In this document: positions 52,343-64,000 of the stretch, one piece after another | Layout of the letters: each line of letters begins with the position of its first letter | Position numbering within the stretch: the stretch's first letter is position 1 | DNA from: Leucoraja ocellata | Lineage: Eukaryota | Length of the DNA stretch: 64,000 nucleotides | Assembly (NCBI GenBank): GCA_036785375.1 | Contig: JAWMAR010000036.1 | Coordinates: forward strand, 4,278,001 to 4,342,000 | Reading direction: 5' to 3' | Made by a program: the position numbers and the translations under genes | Notes under the pieces: generated by a model | Seen by the model: only the letters and a program-made list of their open reading frames with translations | What the model was told of the DNA's origin: nothing | Database searches by the model: none

Positions 52343-52653
52343 TAAATGATCCATTTTTAAGTATCAAAGAAAATTTCACGATGGTGACGACAGAGTAAGT
52401 CTGATAATGCAGATACATGTTGCTGTATAATGTTACATCAGACAAAGGGTTTAAATCAATTCTTAAAAGCACGAGGAATGGGTCTTACAAATAAATCAGT
52501 GCATGTTTCACTCAATGTCGCAGTTGGTGTAGATTCTTTGCTTTTGTATAACTAAAGTGATCATAACGAGGGATATATTTGATTGTATTATTGTTCTAAA
52601 TACCATGCTGCATTCCTAACTGTCATAACTGGTCAAACTTAAAAGCTGGATAC

Positions 52654-52776
52654 AAGGAACTGCAGATGCTAGTTTATTTTAAAAATGACACAAAGTGTTG
52701 GATTAACTCAGCAGGTCAGGCAGTATCTCTGGTGAACTTGGATAGGTGATGTTTCGGGTCGGGTTCTTTCTTCAGA
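52654..52776 (-). mobile_element. Penelope-tail-derived short element
   Basis: aaggaactgcagatgctag...gtgatgtttcgggtcgggttctttcttcaga. Confidence 0.8.
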
Positions 52777-55361
52777 AGCTATTTTAAAGCTATTTACTCA
52801 TTAGCAAATGTACCTTCATTATGAAGTATATAATATTTGACCTTTATTATGTTTATCTACTGATATAGTTTAATTAATTATTAAAATATATTCTACAGTT
52901 TCATGAATTCTTCAGTTTTGTGTAAAACTTAAGTGCATGGTAAGTCTTTTCTATGATATGCAACTGAAAATAATTGTGCAATAGTTTTCAGGCCATTGGT
53001 GATTTTGTTAATCTCATGTAAGGAAGATGTGGGCCAGAGGTGGTCAGCTATTATGCAGCTGGGTAAGGGGTCTAAACTCAACCATGGTATGTACTGCTTA
53101 ATGCTATCTGGAAATCTCTCATGAATTCACATGTGAGAACATCCAGTGAGGATAGGATTACATTTTGAGCTGTGAAGCCCTGCAGAGACCATTATGCCAC
53201 ATGCATTCACTTATAAAGCATTTATTTATACACATGACGTGGATGCATTGGCAAAACCAGCATTTGTTGCCCATCTCATTGACTTCAATGGCACCGAATG
53301 TGAAGAGGTGAGTATGACTAAGCTGGGAATCTTACATGCAATTAGCACCAAGGAACAAAGAAGAACTTCTCTTTTGTGGGGAATAAGTTGGATTTCTCAT
53401 CATTCACACAAGGCATCTACTTCCAAAATCTATCAGGATTCATCCTTTGATTCATTTCACCTAGGTTCCCCTGCACCAGTTCCTCTTGGATAGCTATCTC
53501 CACATTGCACTCAGTAGTATTTATTTGTCCTGTTCCAGCTAGGTAACCTGGCCTTTTCAAGGCCGGGACCACAACACAGTTGACAGCAGGGTTCTATTAG
53601 TCCGCACTTGCTCTATTTTATTAATGATGGGTCCCGCTATTCAATGCTGAAGGACTTTCCCATGTACTTAGAATCAAAACTGTCAATTGCCTTTAATATT
53701 TTATCTTCTTCCATTCCAGCTACATGGTATGCCCATTTGATGTGTCTACTACACACTGTAGTTTAAAATGGGATTCTTTTGTCCCACTCGTGCACCATCT
53801 CGTTAGTGATGCAGCCCTGCTATTTGCCACTCAAGATCCTTCTCAAGTCCTTAGTATCAAAGCTGTCAATCTATAATATTCAGTTAGAGTCCAATTCCCT
53901 GTTCCACATTTCCCCACCAACAGTAGCACAGTCGTGGAAAAATCACAATGTGTTTCCGTCTGTAATACAAAATAAACAACCATTTGAAGACTACAATTTA
54001 AGGATATAGTGATAACACCTCCCATCGTCGCAAATGGACAAATAAAAAATCTAATTATAAAAAGCTAACTTTTCTCTTTAAGAATAGATTTTATTTCCTC
54101 GGTGCAATCTTGTTTCTAATTGTTACAGTGCAGCTTTTTTAAATTCACGTATTTTATTTGTGTTTTGCTCAATTTCTTTCAGTTTCATGTATAACATACA
54201 ATTTCACACGCCAACAAATTTAGAGCTTGCCAAACCTAAAGGGTTCAGAATGCTAGTGCACACTTTCAATAATTTTTCTTTTACTTGCCAACTCAATGCA
54301 AAAGGTCAGGGAAATCTACACTAAGCATTAAACCCCAAACCACATACCGAGAGCTTTCCTCCCAGGTAAACATTACTAGTTTTTGCTGACTCTATTGGTG
54401 AATGCAGGGACTTTACATTTACTCTGTGCGTTACAAGTTATTTTTCCATGTTGAATATCTAATTTTCTCAGAAACCTATGACTGAATTTGCCATTTATAG
54501 TGATTAAAATGAGTTGTTCAGTCAGAGAAATAGATATTGTTTATTAAAATTGCTTAGTTCTTGTGAGAAATACAATTTCAGTTATATTCGTAGAATTTTA
54601 CCAGGAGCCACTTATGAAGACATCAACAACTGCTTTTGTCAAGAAGAAAGAATAATTACTAGTATTCAAATGTGCTATGAGATTAAGTTTATTGGAGATT
54701 TTAAATTGAGGTTTTGGCAATTTGAATTATATTCCGATCGCTATGATTTCGGGCACACTTTTCGGATAAAACCCTCTATCCCAATATATTGAGCTACGAA
54801 TGAGCACATTTTGCAGAATCTCATTATTAGTTATAATAGATTAGAATAATTACAGTTAGAATAATTTATTAGTTATAATCTATTAGTTATAATAGATTAA
54901 AGGTCAAAACGTTTCTTGTTGGGCTGCAGATCTTTCATCAAAAAATGATCAAGTTTTGAGTTGTATTTCTGCTCATTTTGTTTTCATATGAAGGAATTTG
55001 ATGCCATTTTTATACAGTGTTCTCCAGCCAAGAGGCATTGCACCTGGACTAATGCTTATAGTGTATGTATCATTACCTAATGTGTTCACATTTGTCCAAA
55101 GTCATGTGTCTTATGACCTTTCCTCTGTGTGGCAAAATCTTGACCTTCCAAAGAGGAACCCAAGAACAAGAACTTGCCGATCTTGCATCTTCAGTATGCT
55201 GACAAAACAGCTACATAGAAAGGGAAAAAGGGAAAAAGAAAACTCTAGCTGTTAGCTAGAGTTCAAAGGTAGAATAGTGACAGATTATAAAGCACAAATA
55301 AGGATGGTAGATGGACAAATGAAATGCTAAGATATCTCAAGACTCTCTGGATGTTAACCCT

Positions 55362-55462
55362 TTCAGTCTGAAGAAGGGTCTCGACCTGAAACATCTGCCA
55401 TTCCTCCTCTACTGAGATGCTACCTGTCTCCCAGAGTTACTCCAGCATTTTGTGTCTATCTC
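55362..55462 (+). mobile_element. Penelope-tail-derived short element
   Basis: cagtctgaagaagggtctcgacctgaaacatc...gagttactccagcattttgtgtctatc. Confidence 0.8.
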
Positions 55463-55549
55463 TGTGAGTTAAACCCGAATACTGACAGATGTGAGAAACT
55501 TTCAATATGCAATTTTACCACATGCAATCTTACTATATGCAATTTCTGT

Positions 55550-55850
55550 ACCAACCACAGAAAACGTCACTTGCAGCGTGAGGAAGAGGGCAAGCAGATG
55601 CATTGTGACGTCATCAGCGAAAGACAGTTGTTTTTAAATTCAAAATTTTGTCAGATTATTGAACATTTACATTAATAACTCGAGAAATAAAGCATGACAT
55701 TTTCAGATAAGGTGATTTCGGACTCCAGGGGAAAAATGTCTACTGGAATATGTCAAAGTTTTACCGTTACCGCGTCATTTTTTCGTGAAGATGTGATTAC
55801 ACACAGACACACAAAAATAAATACACATCCAAGATCAGTGTTTTGTAGTC
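55550..55850 (-). mobile_element. Probable Helitron 5' fragment (third unit of the array)
   Basis: Ends caagatcagtgttttgtagt, matching the 5'-terminal motif of the next two units (caagatcagacttctagt, caagatgagacttttaat). No 3' hairpin found. Confidence 0.45.
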
Positions 55851-56059
55851 CCACTAGACTAAGTGGGACCCGTTGAGTCCCATGTTCACACGGGAGGGCT
55901 GGTCCCCCAACGCAATATTCCACCTCTACCAATTCCTATATATTTGTGGCCAGTAGGAGGGGGGGGGGTGGCTTTCTGGAGTGCTAGTATGGGTGTTGTC
56001 AGCCGAACGGGCTGGTTTCCAGAGGGCTAGTATGGACATTGTAGGCCGAATGGATTCTT

Positions 56060-56168
56060 GGGCTGGCAGCTCAGTCACTCAGGCCTGGTGGGCTAGCAGC
56101 TCAGTCACTCTGACCTGGTGGGCTGGCAGCTCAGTCATTCAGGGCTGGTGGGCTGGCAGTTCACTCAC
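56060..56168. repeat. 30-bp minisatellite, about 4 copies, inside Helitron A
   Basis: Unit gggctggcagctcagtcactcaggcctggt. Confidence 0.9.
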
Positions 56169-56185
56169 AACTATTCCTTGAGATT

Positions 56186-56508
56186 CCATTTCAAGCAGAG
56201 TACAGGCCACCAATTCCAAATGCAATTTCATACCATTTCAAGCAGAGTGCAGGCTATCAAATCCAAATGCAATTTCAAGCAGAGTGCAGGCCACCAAATC
56301 CAAATGCAATTTCATACCATTTTAAGCCGAGTGCAGGCCACCAAATCCAAATGCATTTTCATACCATTTCAAGCAGAGTGCAGGCCACCAAACCAAAATC
56401 AATTTCATACCATTTCAAGCAGAGTGGAGGTCACCAAATCCAAATGCAATTTAATACCATTTCAAGCAGGGTGCAGGCCACCAAATTCAAATGCAATTTC
56501 ATACCATC
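56186..56508. repeat. About 47-bp minisatellite, about 7 copies, inside Helitron A
   Basis: Unit ccatttcaagcagagtgcaggccaccaaatccaaatgcaatttcata. Confidence 0.9.
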
Positions 56509-57112
56509 TGGGCTTCATACTCCTGGCCCTCCCAGAAGGGGTGTTATCTTTATTATGGCAATTGACAGGCGAGAGGACCAATCAGCTGATCTCAAGATTT
56601 TTTAAACATTCATAACTTTTTAAATTTTCATCGATCAATAAAATCCTCGGGTCTGCTGCAGCGGAGGAGAACTGCGAGTAAGATGACCAAAATTCATAGT
56701 GATATATATGGTAGCATATTTTCTTTAGTGATATATAGCATTTAGCAGTTTAGCATTTCCAAACCAAAGGCAACACAGCTTTAACATTTCCAAACTATGT
56801 TTCAATCCACATTAAGGGCACTGACAGGTCAGTAAAACCACTCACAGTTTAGTAGACATGTGTTCAGTGTTATTCACAGCTCAGACTGAGAGACGTAACC
56901 CTCTCGATCCCCCATTTTGCAGAGGCTGACTGAGGCATAACACTTCCAGGTTTTATAGTCCCTCCGGAAAGGGCGTGGCTTTCAGGAGAGAGAATCTCAA
57001 CATTTTTTAAACACTAATAACTTTTATTTTCTGAGTAAGATGGCCAAATCAATATACATAACAACAGGAAGTGGCCAAGATCAGACTTCTAGTTATATAT
57101 ATATAACACACA

Positions 57113-57191
57113 CTAGACTAAGTGGGACCCGCTGTGTCCCAGCTTCACATGGGAGGGCTGGTCCGCCAATTCCACCTCTCCACCAATTCCA

Positions 57192-57231
<40 letters not shown>

Positions 57232-58465
57232 ACACACGCACACACACACACACTGCATTTTGTTGTCTCTGTACTGTACACTGACAANNNNNNNNNNNNN
57301 NNNNNNNNNNNNNNNNNNNNNNNNNNNNNNNNNNNNNNNNNNNNNNNNNNNNNNNNNNNNNNNNNNNNNNNNNNNNNNNNNNNNNNNNNNNNNNNNNNNN
57401 NNNNNNNNNNNNNNNNNNNNNNNNNNNNNNNNACACACCCTCCACCTCACACACACACNNNNNNNNNNNNNNNNNNNNNNNNNNNNNNNNNNNNNNNNNN
57501 NNNNNNNNNNNNNNNNNNNNNNNNNNNNNNNNNNNNNNNNNNNNNNNNNNNNNNNNNNNNNNNNNNNNNNNNNNNNNNNNNNNNNNNNNNNNNNNNNNNN
57601 NNNNNNNNNNNNNNNNNNNNNNNNNNNNNNNNNNNNNNNNNNNNNNNNNNNNNNACTTCCGCAATCAACGTGACCTCTGCACTTACTGGAAATTACGCAA
57701 TCAGCATGACATCTGCACTCTTTGGAAATGACGCAATCAGCGCAACCTGTCCACTAAGCGGAAGTCACGAAATGGGCGGGACTTTTGGACTAAACGCAGT
57801 CGGACCTAATAAAGCATTTATTCCTTCCAACACAGTTGGACCTAATAAAGCATTTATTCCTTCCAAGCCCAGACAGACCTAATAAATCATTTATTCCTTC
57901 CGAACACAGTCGGACCTAATAAATTGCAGTTTCAAGCACAGGAGGGGCAGCAGGCCAAACAACTCATGGCATTGTCATTTCATTTCATTTCATTTCCAAT
58001 TAAGCATTGCACTTTCAAGCACAGGCAGGGCAGCAGGCCAAACAACTCATGGCATTCTCATTAAGGGCTAACAAAACATTTATTGCAAGTGCATTACAGA
58101 CTCACAGTTCTGTTGATTCACAGCTTAAAATAGCAGTCGTGGCCTCTCCCTCGCGATCTTGCAGAGTGACTGACTCACGTCCAGACATCCGGGGTTTTAT
58201 AGTCCTGCCCCCCTCTCGGGAAGGGGCGTTACCTTCATCGCGGTGATTGACAGGTGAGAGGACCAATCAGCTCATCTCAAGGTTTTTTAAACACTCATAA
58301 CTTTTTAATTTTTCATCGATGGGAAAAATCCTCAGGGCTGGCTCAGCGAAAGAGGACTGTGAGTAAGATGGCCACAAATCACAGTGATAAAGGGTAGCGT
58401 TTTTTCTAAAATCAATATACAGCGCACACAGTAAGTGGTCAAGATGAGACTTTTAATTATATAGA
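57113..58465 (-). mobile_element. Non-autonomous Helitron B (spans two gaps)
   Basis: Minus strand starts A|TCTATATAATTAAAAG (58465) and ends with the hairpin GGGACAC-agc-GGGTCCC, then acttagt-CTAG|T (57113). These are canonical TC...CTAG ends in an AT target. Contains (CA)n and roughly 35-bp internal repeats (57655-57760, 57795-57922). Confidence 0.8.
57288..57654. other. Two assembly gaps (57288-57432, 57459-57654)
   Basis: Runs of N beside (CA)n. Confidence 1.
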
Positions 58466-61082
58466 TATATGCATGTATGTATATATGTATGTATATGTGT
58501 GTGTGTACTTCCAAGTAATGCCACTGTAAGGGTTCAAGGTTTTCAAAAATTATCCTTGAATAACACACAGACAAATCTTCACAAAGCAACAAGTAATCAT
58601 TTTGTGGCTCCAGTCCTTCCTCATTTTAAAATGCAGAATGTTAAACTTTTTTTCTCTGCAGCATTTATTTCTAGCTAACAATATTTTCTCTTTGGGTAAT
58701 TTGTGAGCACCGGCTACTTCAGGAGTGGCAATTTGATAGCTGCAGAGCAGGATAATGTATGCTGTGGCCACTGAAAGCAGGAAATGCTTGTCCTCGTTAA
58801 TATGAGGTTTTGCATCTCACTAACTATTATTTCAAAATGACTATGTATGGTAATAATAAATCAACCACATGGCTGTAATTTGCTGGAAAAACAGAAAAAG
58901 GGGATTTAAAGATTCTTGTCCCTTTCAAGGTAATAGCATGAAACTGGCTCAAATAAGATAGAATGCATGAAATAAGGATACCCCTCAACATCGGTCTGGC
59001 CCCTGCAGTAATTTCTCGCTTCAGTGTGCCATCTATTTGTTCAGCTCAGTACAACAGAATTTGTTCAAAACTTCTGGATGGGAAAGTATGAAAATCACAC
59101 TTGGATGAAGGACAAGCTTAAATAAACCCGACTCAGTGTCCATTTGAACACCCGTTATTACCAAGGTAAAATGAGGATGCTATTTTAAAATTATGTGCTT
59201 CATGTAACCCATTTGTAAGTTTAATTTAGGTTACAAATTCATCATGCACATGAAGGGTGAGTTTAAATACAGTATACTCGGTGCCAACTCAAATGGGTTT
59301 TTTTTAACCAATGAAAAGTAGGGATATTATTTTAAAAGGACAGTCATTGAATACAACACATTTGTATGGTCAGAATATATGTTGTAGCTTTTCACAAATT
59401 TGACAACATATAAATGATCTTGTATCATTACATCAAAATGCCATGATTTAGTAAAAGCTAGATCGGACAGAACATGAAAACTTTGACTTGTCCACTGATA
59501 TTTGACCGTTTTCTTTGGCCTGAAAGCCTTTATTTCAATAAAGAGTTTCACTGCTTTTAGCTCAAAGGTTTCAAACATTATTTGCCATTCCTCTGGCATT
59601 TGTTGGAAATGGTTAATGTCCCGAGAATTCCGGTGTGTGTATTTTTCTGATGGGTTGACTGGCTGTAGAAAAATCACCATGTGACTCGAACAGCACTGTA
59701 GAATGAAACCCAAATTAACTTCAGCACCTTGGGGAGATATCAGAGGGTCTTCAGCATTACATGCTGTACTGACAAGCACCACTTAAGCCAGCCTAGGATT
59801 CCCAAACAAGTATTTAATCTCCTCATTAAAGATATATGAAGCTGGAAATCGATGTGCACATCAACCATTCTATTGCTGGTTAGAATCTTTTTTTTTCTGG
59901 TCTAACTTATTGCACCTCTCTAACCTTAGAGATTTTGTTTGGGATGGAGGTTTATGGCATTTCTGGAATGTATTTTCAAAGTATAGCAATTGCACTGAAG
60001 ATATTTTCTTCGACATTGAGCCTATGAAAAAGTATCTGATGCATTAGTTCATATGTTTTTTAAAGATACTACTGGAGCTGTCTTTTGAACCATTACTTCC
60101 CTGTAAATACCGACAAATTATTTTCATTTCATAGTAAAATATATCAATATGATTTTAAGATTCATGTCGACTGATCTTTAATACTTTTTGGTGGTTCTTT
60201 GTACAATTTAACATTTTGTCTCCACTTTAAGAAGTAAGTATGAGCTTGCCTGGGCATTATTTTCCCACAAACAGTGTCTGTCTCTATAAGCTATTTTTAA
60301 TATAATCACAATGGAGATGCCTCATTCCTGGGACATACTTTATTTGCCATCTTAAGTCCCTGCACTGTCTTGATGAATTTACACAGTACATCACCCTTGG
60401 TTGTTGCCCCAGGCATGAAACAACTTCTAAATTAGTACAGGGCTATGTTTACCTTATGGACATCTTGTAGAATGCGAAAAAACTGTAAACTGAATGGCCT
60501 TGACGTTAGGACTGAGTCCCACCAGTTGGAGCTTGTTAGGATTTGCAGGAAAGGATAGTTTTCTGAACTGCAATATTATCTTCTCCTCGGAAATGTGATT
60601 GGCATTGGGGGTCGAGGGAAATTGTGAACATTGTAAACGAAGACTGTTTCTGGAACATAATATACAAGTGATCATTAGGAATGGACGTTTGAATTTCCAT
60701 AGGGGAATTGAAAGTTCCAATGAGCAAGAATAACTTTACTTTTGAGATGCCCTTTGCCCTTTCAAAAGCAACAGTGCAGTTTGCTCAGCATGCTTTGTTT
60801 TCAGACATCCAACTTGATGGCAACTTTTAGAATTATATTCCCTCAATAATATTTTTACTTCCTGATGTTTACTCAATACGTGGATGGATTACAGGTTCAT
60901 AAAAGCTCTTGTCCCTGAATATCTTGGGGGTTATTCATGTGAGATTGTTGGCAGATCTTCTAACTGAACAATACCACTGCAAGGTCTGATCTAGTCCTTA
61001 CCCAGCCTCTATACATCTGCATTCTTAAACCTCATGGAGTGACCAGCACCTGAACACATGGACAATCTCCCTTTTCCTTAAA

Positions 61083-61176
61083 TGTGAAGAAGGGAACTGC
61101 AGGTGCTGGTTTATACCAAAGATAGACACAAAGTGCTGGAGTAACTGCTGCGCTCCTCCAGCATCTTGTGTCTATC
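61083..61176. mobile_element. Fold-back Penelope-tail element with 21-bp arms
   Basis: gatagacacaaagtgctggag (61121-41) and ctccagcatcttgtgtctatc (61156-76); imperfect flanking repeats cccttttcctta / ccctttccctta. Confidence 0.7.
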
Positions 61177-61994
61177 CCCTTTCCCTTACCCAAGAGAACT
61201 ATTTTAAATAAAGAAGGCTTCACAAACGCAGTCATTGAAGACAACAAATTTTGAAGAGTTGGGAATTAAACCAAAGCCCTGCATGAATTGAAGTTGCCAT
61301 TTAAAATATCAACAAACTGCATTATTTGCACAAATGAGTTTGAGACATCACTGACTTTTTTTTGAGTGACATATTTGTGACTGGAGAAATTATTTTAATA
61401 TTTGTCAAACATGAATCATTTTTGTACCCTGGACATGAAAAGCTGAAGGTTGTAAAATATATTCAGTAATTGTTTTGAGACTTTTGTAAATTGGAAAAAG
61501 AATATTGCAGAAGGTTGCAATTGTGTTGAATTACTTCAATGTTTGAACTTAGAATAGTTCAGTGTCAACCGTTTCCTTTGACTGGAACATGGTTGGGGTC
61601 TGCCAGGCTTGTAAGTCGGTAGTTAGTAAATACTCATGGTATTATTAGTGCTCTTTTTGACATCCATCGTTGTTACTCTGAAGATGATGTTGCTCCAGCT
61701 CTTTCCCCCTTACCCATGTTTACGCATTGCAAGCTCGACTCACTGCTTTATCCTTCCAATCTAAAGCTGCCATTTTGCTTTTGTCCTAATAGCTGATTGT
61801 TACCTGATGTACATTCATGAGATGGAAACCTTACTGTCAGCATAGCATTGTACCCTGTCCAGCTTTCTAAGCACGTCTGCACAACCAAACGCAAATTTAA
61901 CCTTAGGAGAATGCCCATTGGATGCCGATTCTCACCCAAGAATGAAATTATTTAAAAAAATTGGCAGGTGTTGCAATCAAATATTTTAATTCAA

Positions 61995-62297
61995 GAACAT
62001 AGAACGGTACAGTACAGCAACGGGCTCTTTGGCCTACAATGTTTGTGCTGAATATGATGTTTAGCTGAACTTTCATTTGCCTGCAAATGATCCATATCCC
62101 TCTATTCTCTGCACTTACATGCGCCTATCCAAAAGCTTCTTAAACGCCACTATCGCATCTGCCTCCACCACCCCCCTGGCAGTGATTTCCAAGCCCCCAC
62201 CACCATCTGTGTTTAAAAAAAAACATTCACCCTCTCACTCTATAACCATGCCCTATAGTGTTGGACATTTCCACACTGGGAAAAAGGTTCTGGCTGC
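61995..62297 (-). mobile_element. CR1 3' end
   Basis: gaacatagaacggtacagtacag...atgatccatatccctc...cttaaacgccactatcgcatctgcctccaccacc. Confidence 0.75.
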
Positions 62298-62639
62298 CTT
62301 TTTGTTATTGTCCTGTGGGCCGAGATACAGTGAAAAGCTTTTGATTATATATTATCCAGTCTGATATTATATATGAATACATTCAACTCAAACTCATTCA
62401 TTCATGCATTAATTCATCCATTCATACACGTCAACAGATAGTACACAGAGCAAAATACCAGAGTGCAGTGTTGGAGCATTTCAGTTACAGAGAAAGTGCA
62501 GATTATAAAAGGTGCTAGGCCACAATGAGACAGGTTGGATGATTGGGACTACATCCTAGTGAGGCATCAAGATGTTGGAGTAAATATTGCAGAGGACCTA
62601 GGCATGTTGTTAAGTTGTCTAATGTGTGTGCAGCATACA

Positions 62640-63315
62640 AAGGACTATGGAATAGAGAGACAACCCCCTCCCCCTCCACCCCCCCCTCCCCCCCCCCCCC
62701 CCTCCTCCCAAGGGTACTTCTTTCAGTGTTCACAATGTGATCTCCTAGATGTTGGGGTACTAAACCCAGATGAGGTGACCATTTTATGGAGCGCATGCAG
62801 GAGGAGCCTGAGCTTCCCATTTCCTACAACTTCCATTCCCGCATCCCATTCTCAGTCTGGCCTGCCTCTCTGTGGCCTCCTGATATCTTGGGCCTTGCAA
62901 GCTATTCAAAGAACATTTTATCTTCCATCAGTGCTGATTGGAGCCTCGGAGATTATGGAGTTCGCCAACTTTTACTCATTCGTCCTTTTTTACAGTATCA
63001 CAACTGGCCATTTCTGCCTGTTATCATTTTGGCTTAGATTTTTCTTAGACTAGCCTGCTGGGTACGACCACAGATACATCATGAGCAGCACATTATGCAG
63101 ACCGAGATGATTAATATGATTTTATCTACCACACAGTCTTCTCCCCTCAGAGATGATCACTCTGTTCTATTAATCCCACCCCAACCTTCTCTGCCTCCCA
63201 AAAAATAATTTATTTTCTCTCTTTCCTAGTTATGAAATGTTAAATGTTTCACTTTTCATAGATGCTACCTGAATTGCTGAGTTTATTTCAGATTTCTAGC
63301 ATCTGCAGTTTTTAA
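62640..63315 (+). mobile_element. Decayed Penelope GIY-YIG end plus tail
   Basis: FQCSQCDLLDVG (compare IQCSQCGLLYISET at about 20000); ends catagatgctacctgaattgctgag...ctagcatctgcagtt. Confidence 0.6.
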
Positions 63316-63451
63316 ATATTTTACCCTGCTTATTCACAGTGCTGTATTGGAGAGGTACCTGGCTAGAAGCCATTTATTTCCTCTTGGAGGCAGGGAAACA
63401 TAATGCTACTACCTTCCAGTCAGTAATGAGATGAAGGGGCAGGATTACAAT

Positions 63452-63624
63452 CTTCGAAAAATCATTTTAGACTGGAGTAATTCAGTAGGTTAGGGAGCAT
63501 CTCTGGATAACATGGTTAGGGGAAGTTTCATGTCAGGACCCTTCTACGGACTGATTTAGTTGAGTTATTCCAGCATTTTGTGTCTATCCTTGGTAAACCA
63601 GCATCTACAGTTCCTTGTTCCTAT
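63452..63624. mobile_element. Inverted two-arm Penelope-tail element with 11-bp TSD
   Basis: aggattacaat at 63441-63451 and 63625-63635; a minus arm ending cccttctacggactga is followed by a plus arm ending ccagcatctacagttcctt. Confidence 0.7.
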
Positions 63625-64000
63625 AGGATTACAATTTAGCTTGCTTTGTTCGTTGGGAAATTGGAATCACTGGAAAAGCAAATGAGTCTTAGTTGGTTAT
63701 GAATCATCACAGGAGGACCAAGAAATGGAATAATACATTCAATGTTCCATTGCACTACAGAAGCAAATATCCCTAAGCTGAGGACCTTGATCGAGATGAA
63801 GAGATCCATTTTTTGCTACAAACTCTGATGGTCTGGAATATGAAGCTTGAAAGGGTGATAGAAGCAAAAGGTATCTAAAAGATACTAAGAAGCACCCAGG
63901 TAGAATGGTTAACCCAGACCACCCAGGGTAAATAGTGTCCATTGCATTAATGCAAAATTGTACAATCTAGGCATGGACATTAAATCTATTTAATGTACTG

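Larger units (their letters stand above)
55854..57105 (-). mobile_element. Non-autonomous Helitron A
   Basis: Minus-strand 3' end is the hairpin GGGACTC-aac-GGGTCCC, then acttagt-CTAG, then T (55853-55881). The 5' end is a degenerate tatatataactagaagtctgatcttg. Confidence 0.75.

Noticed and set aside
56060-56615. Regular repeats resembling a CRISPR array or repeat protein
   Set aside because: Contiguous tandem units with no unique spacers, vertebrate context and no cas genes; these are Helitron-internal minisatellites.
57040-57882. Longest ORF in the track (280 aa)
   Set aside because: Artefact of N gaps and a (CA)n microsatellite.
59327-59782. 151-aa minus-strand ORF in unique sequence
   Set aside because: No recognisable motif and no convincing splice sites. 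RNA-seq or tBLASTn would be needed to revive it.

Overview
Eukaryotic, AT-rich, repeat-dense genomic DNA. The repeat set (HE1-type tRNA/V-SINEs, CR1/HER1 tails, Deu-domain SINE remnants) points to a cartilaginous fish, probably a skate or ray; this is an inference. I find no host protein-coding exon, rRNA, bona fide tRNA or CRISPR array that I can support, so the window looks intronic or intergenic. All recognisable ORF content is decayed transposon protein: Penelope RT and GIY-YIG, Rex1/Babar RT, CR1 RT, RTE RT and Tc1 transposase. Four things stand out. (1) About 20 short Penelope-tail-derived elements carry a minimal hammerhead-ribozyme-like core (CTGAAGA-A-stem II-GAAACGTY). Several have 11-15 bp target-site duplications, they share a breakpoint just upstream of the core, and some fold back on themselves, including one perfect 94-bp-arm palindrome. 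(2) Three PIF/Harbinger-type MITEs are present, two of them flanked by TAA on both sides. (3) A head-to-tail array of non-autonomous Helitrons lies at about 55.5-58.5 kb. (4) TE-poor blocks, one with a dense TGACA cluster, may be conserved enhancers. There are three assembly gaps. Coordinates of decayed elements are approximate, and family names come from motif recognition rather than a database search.
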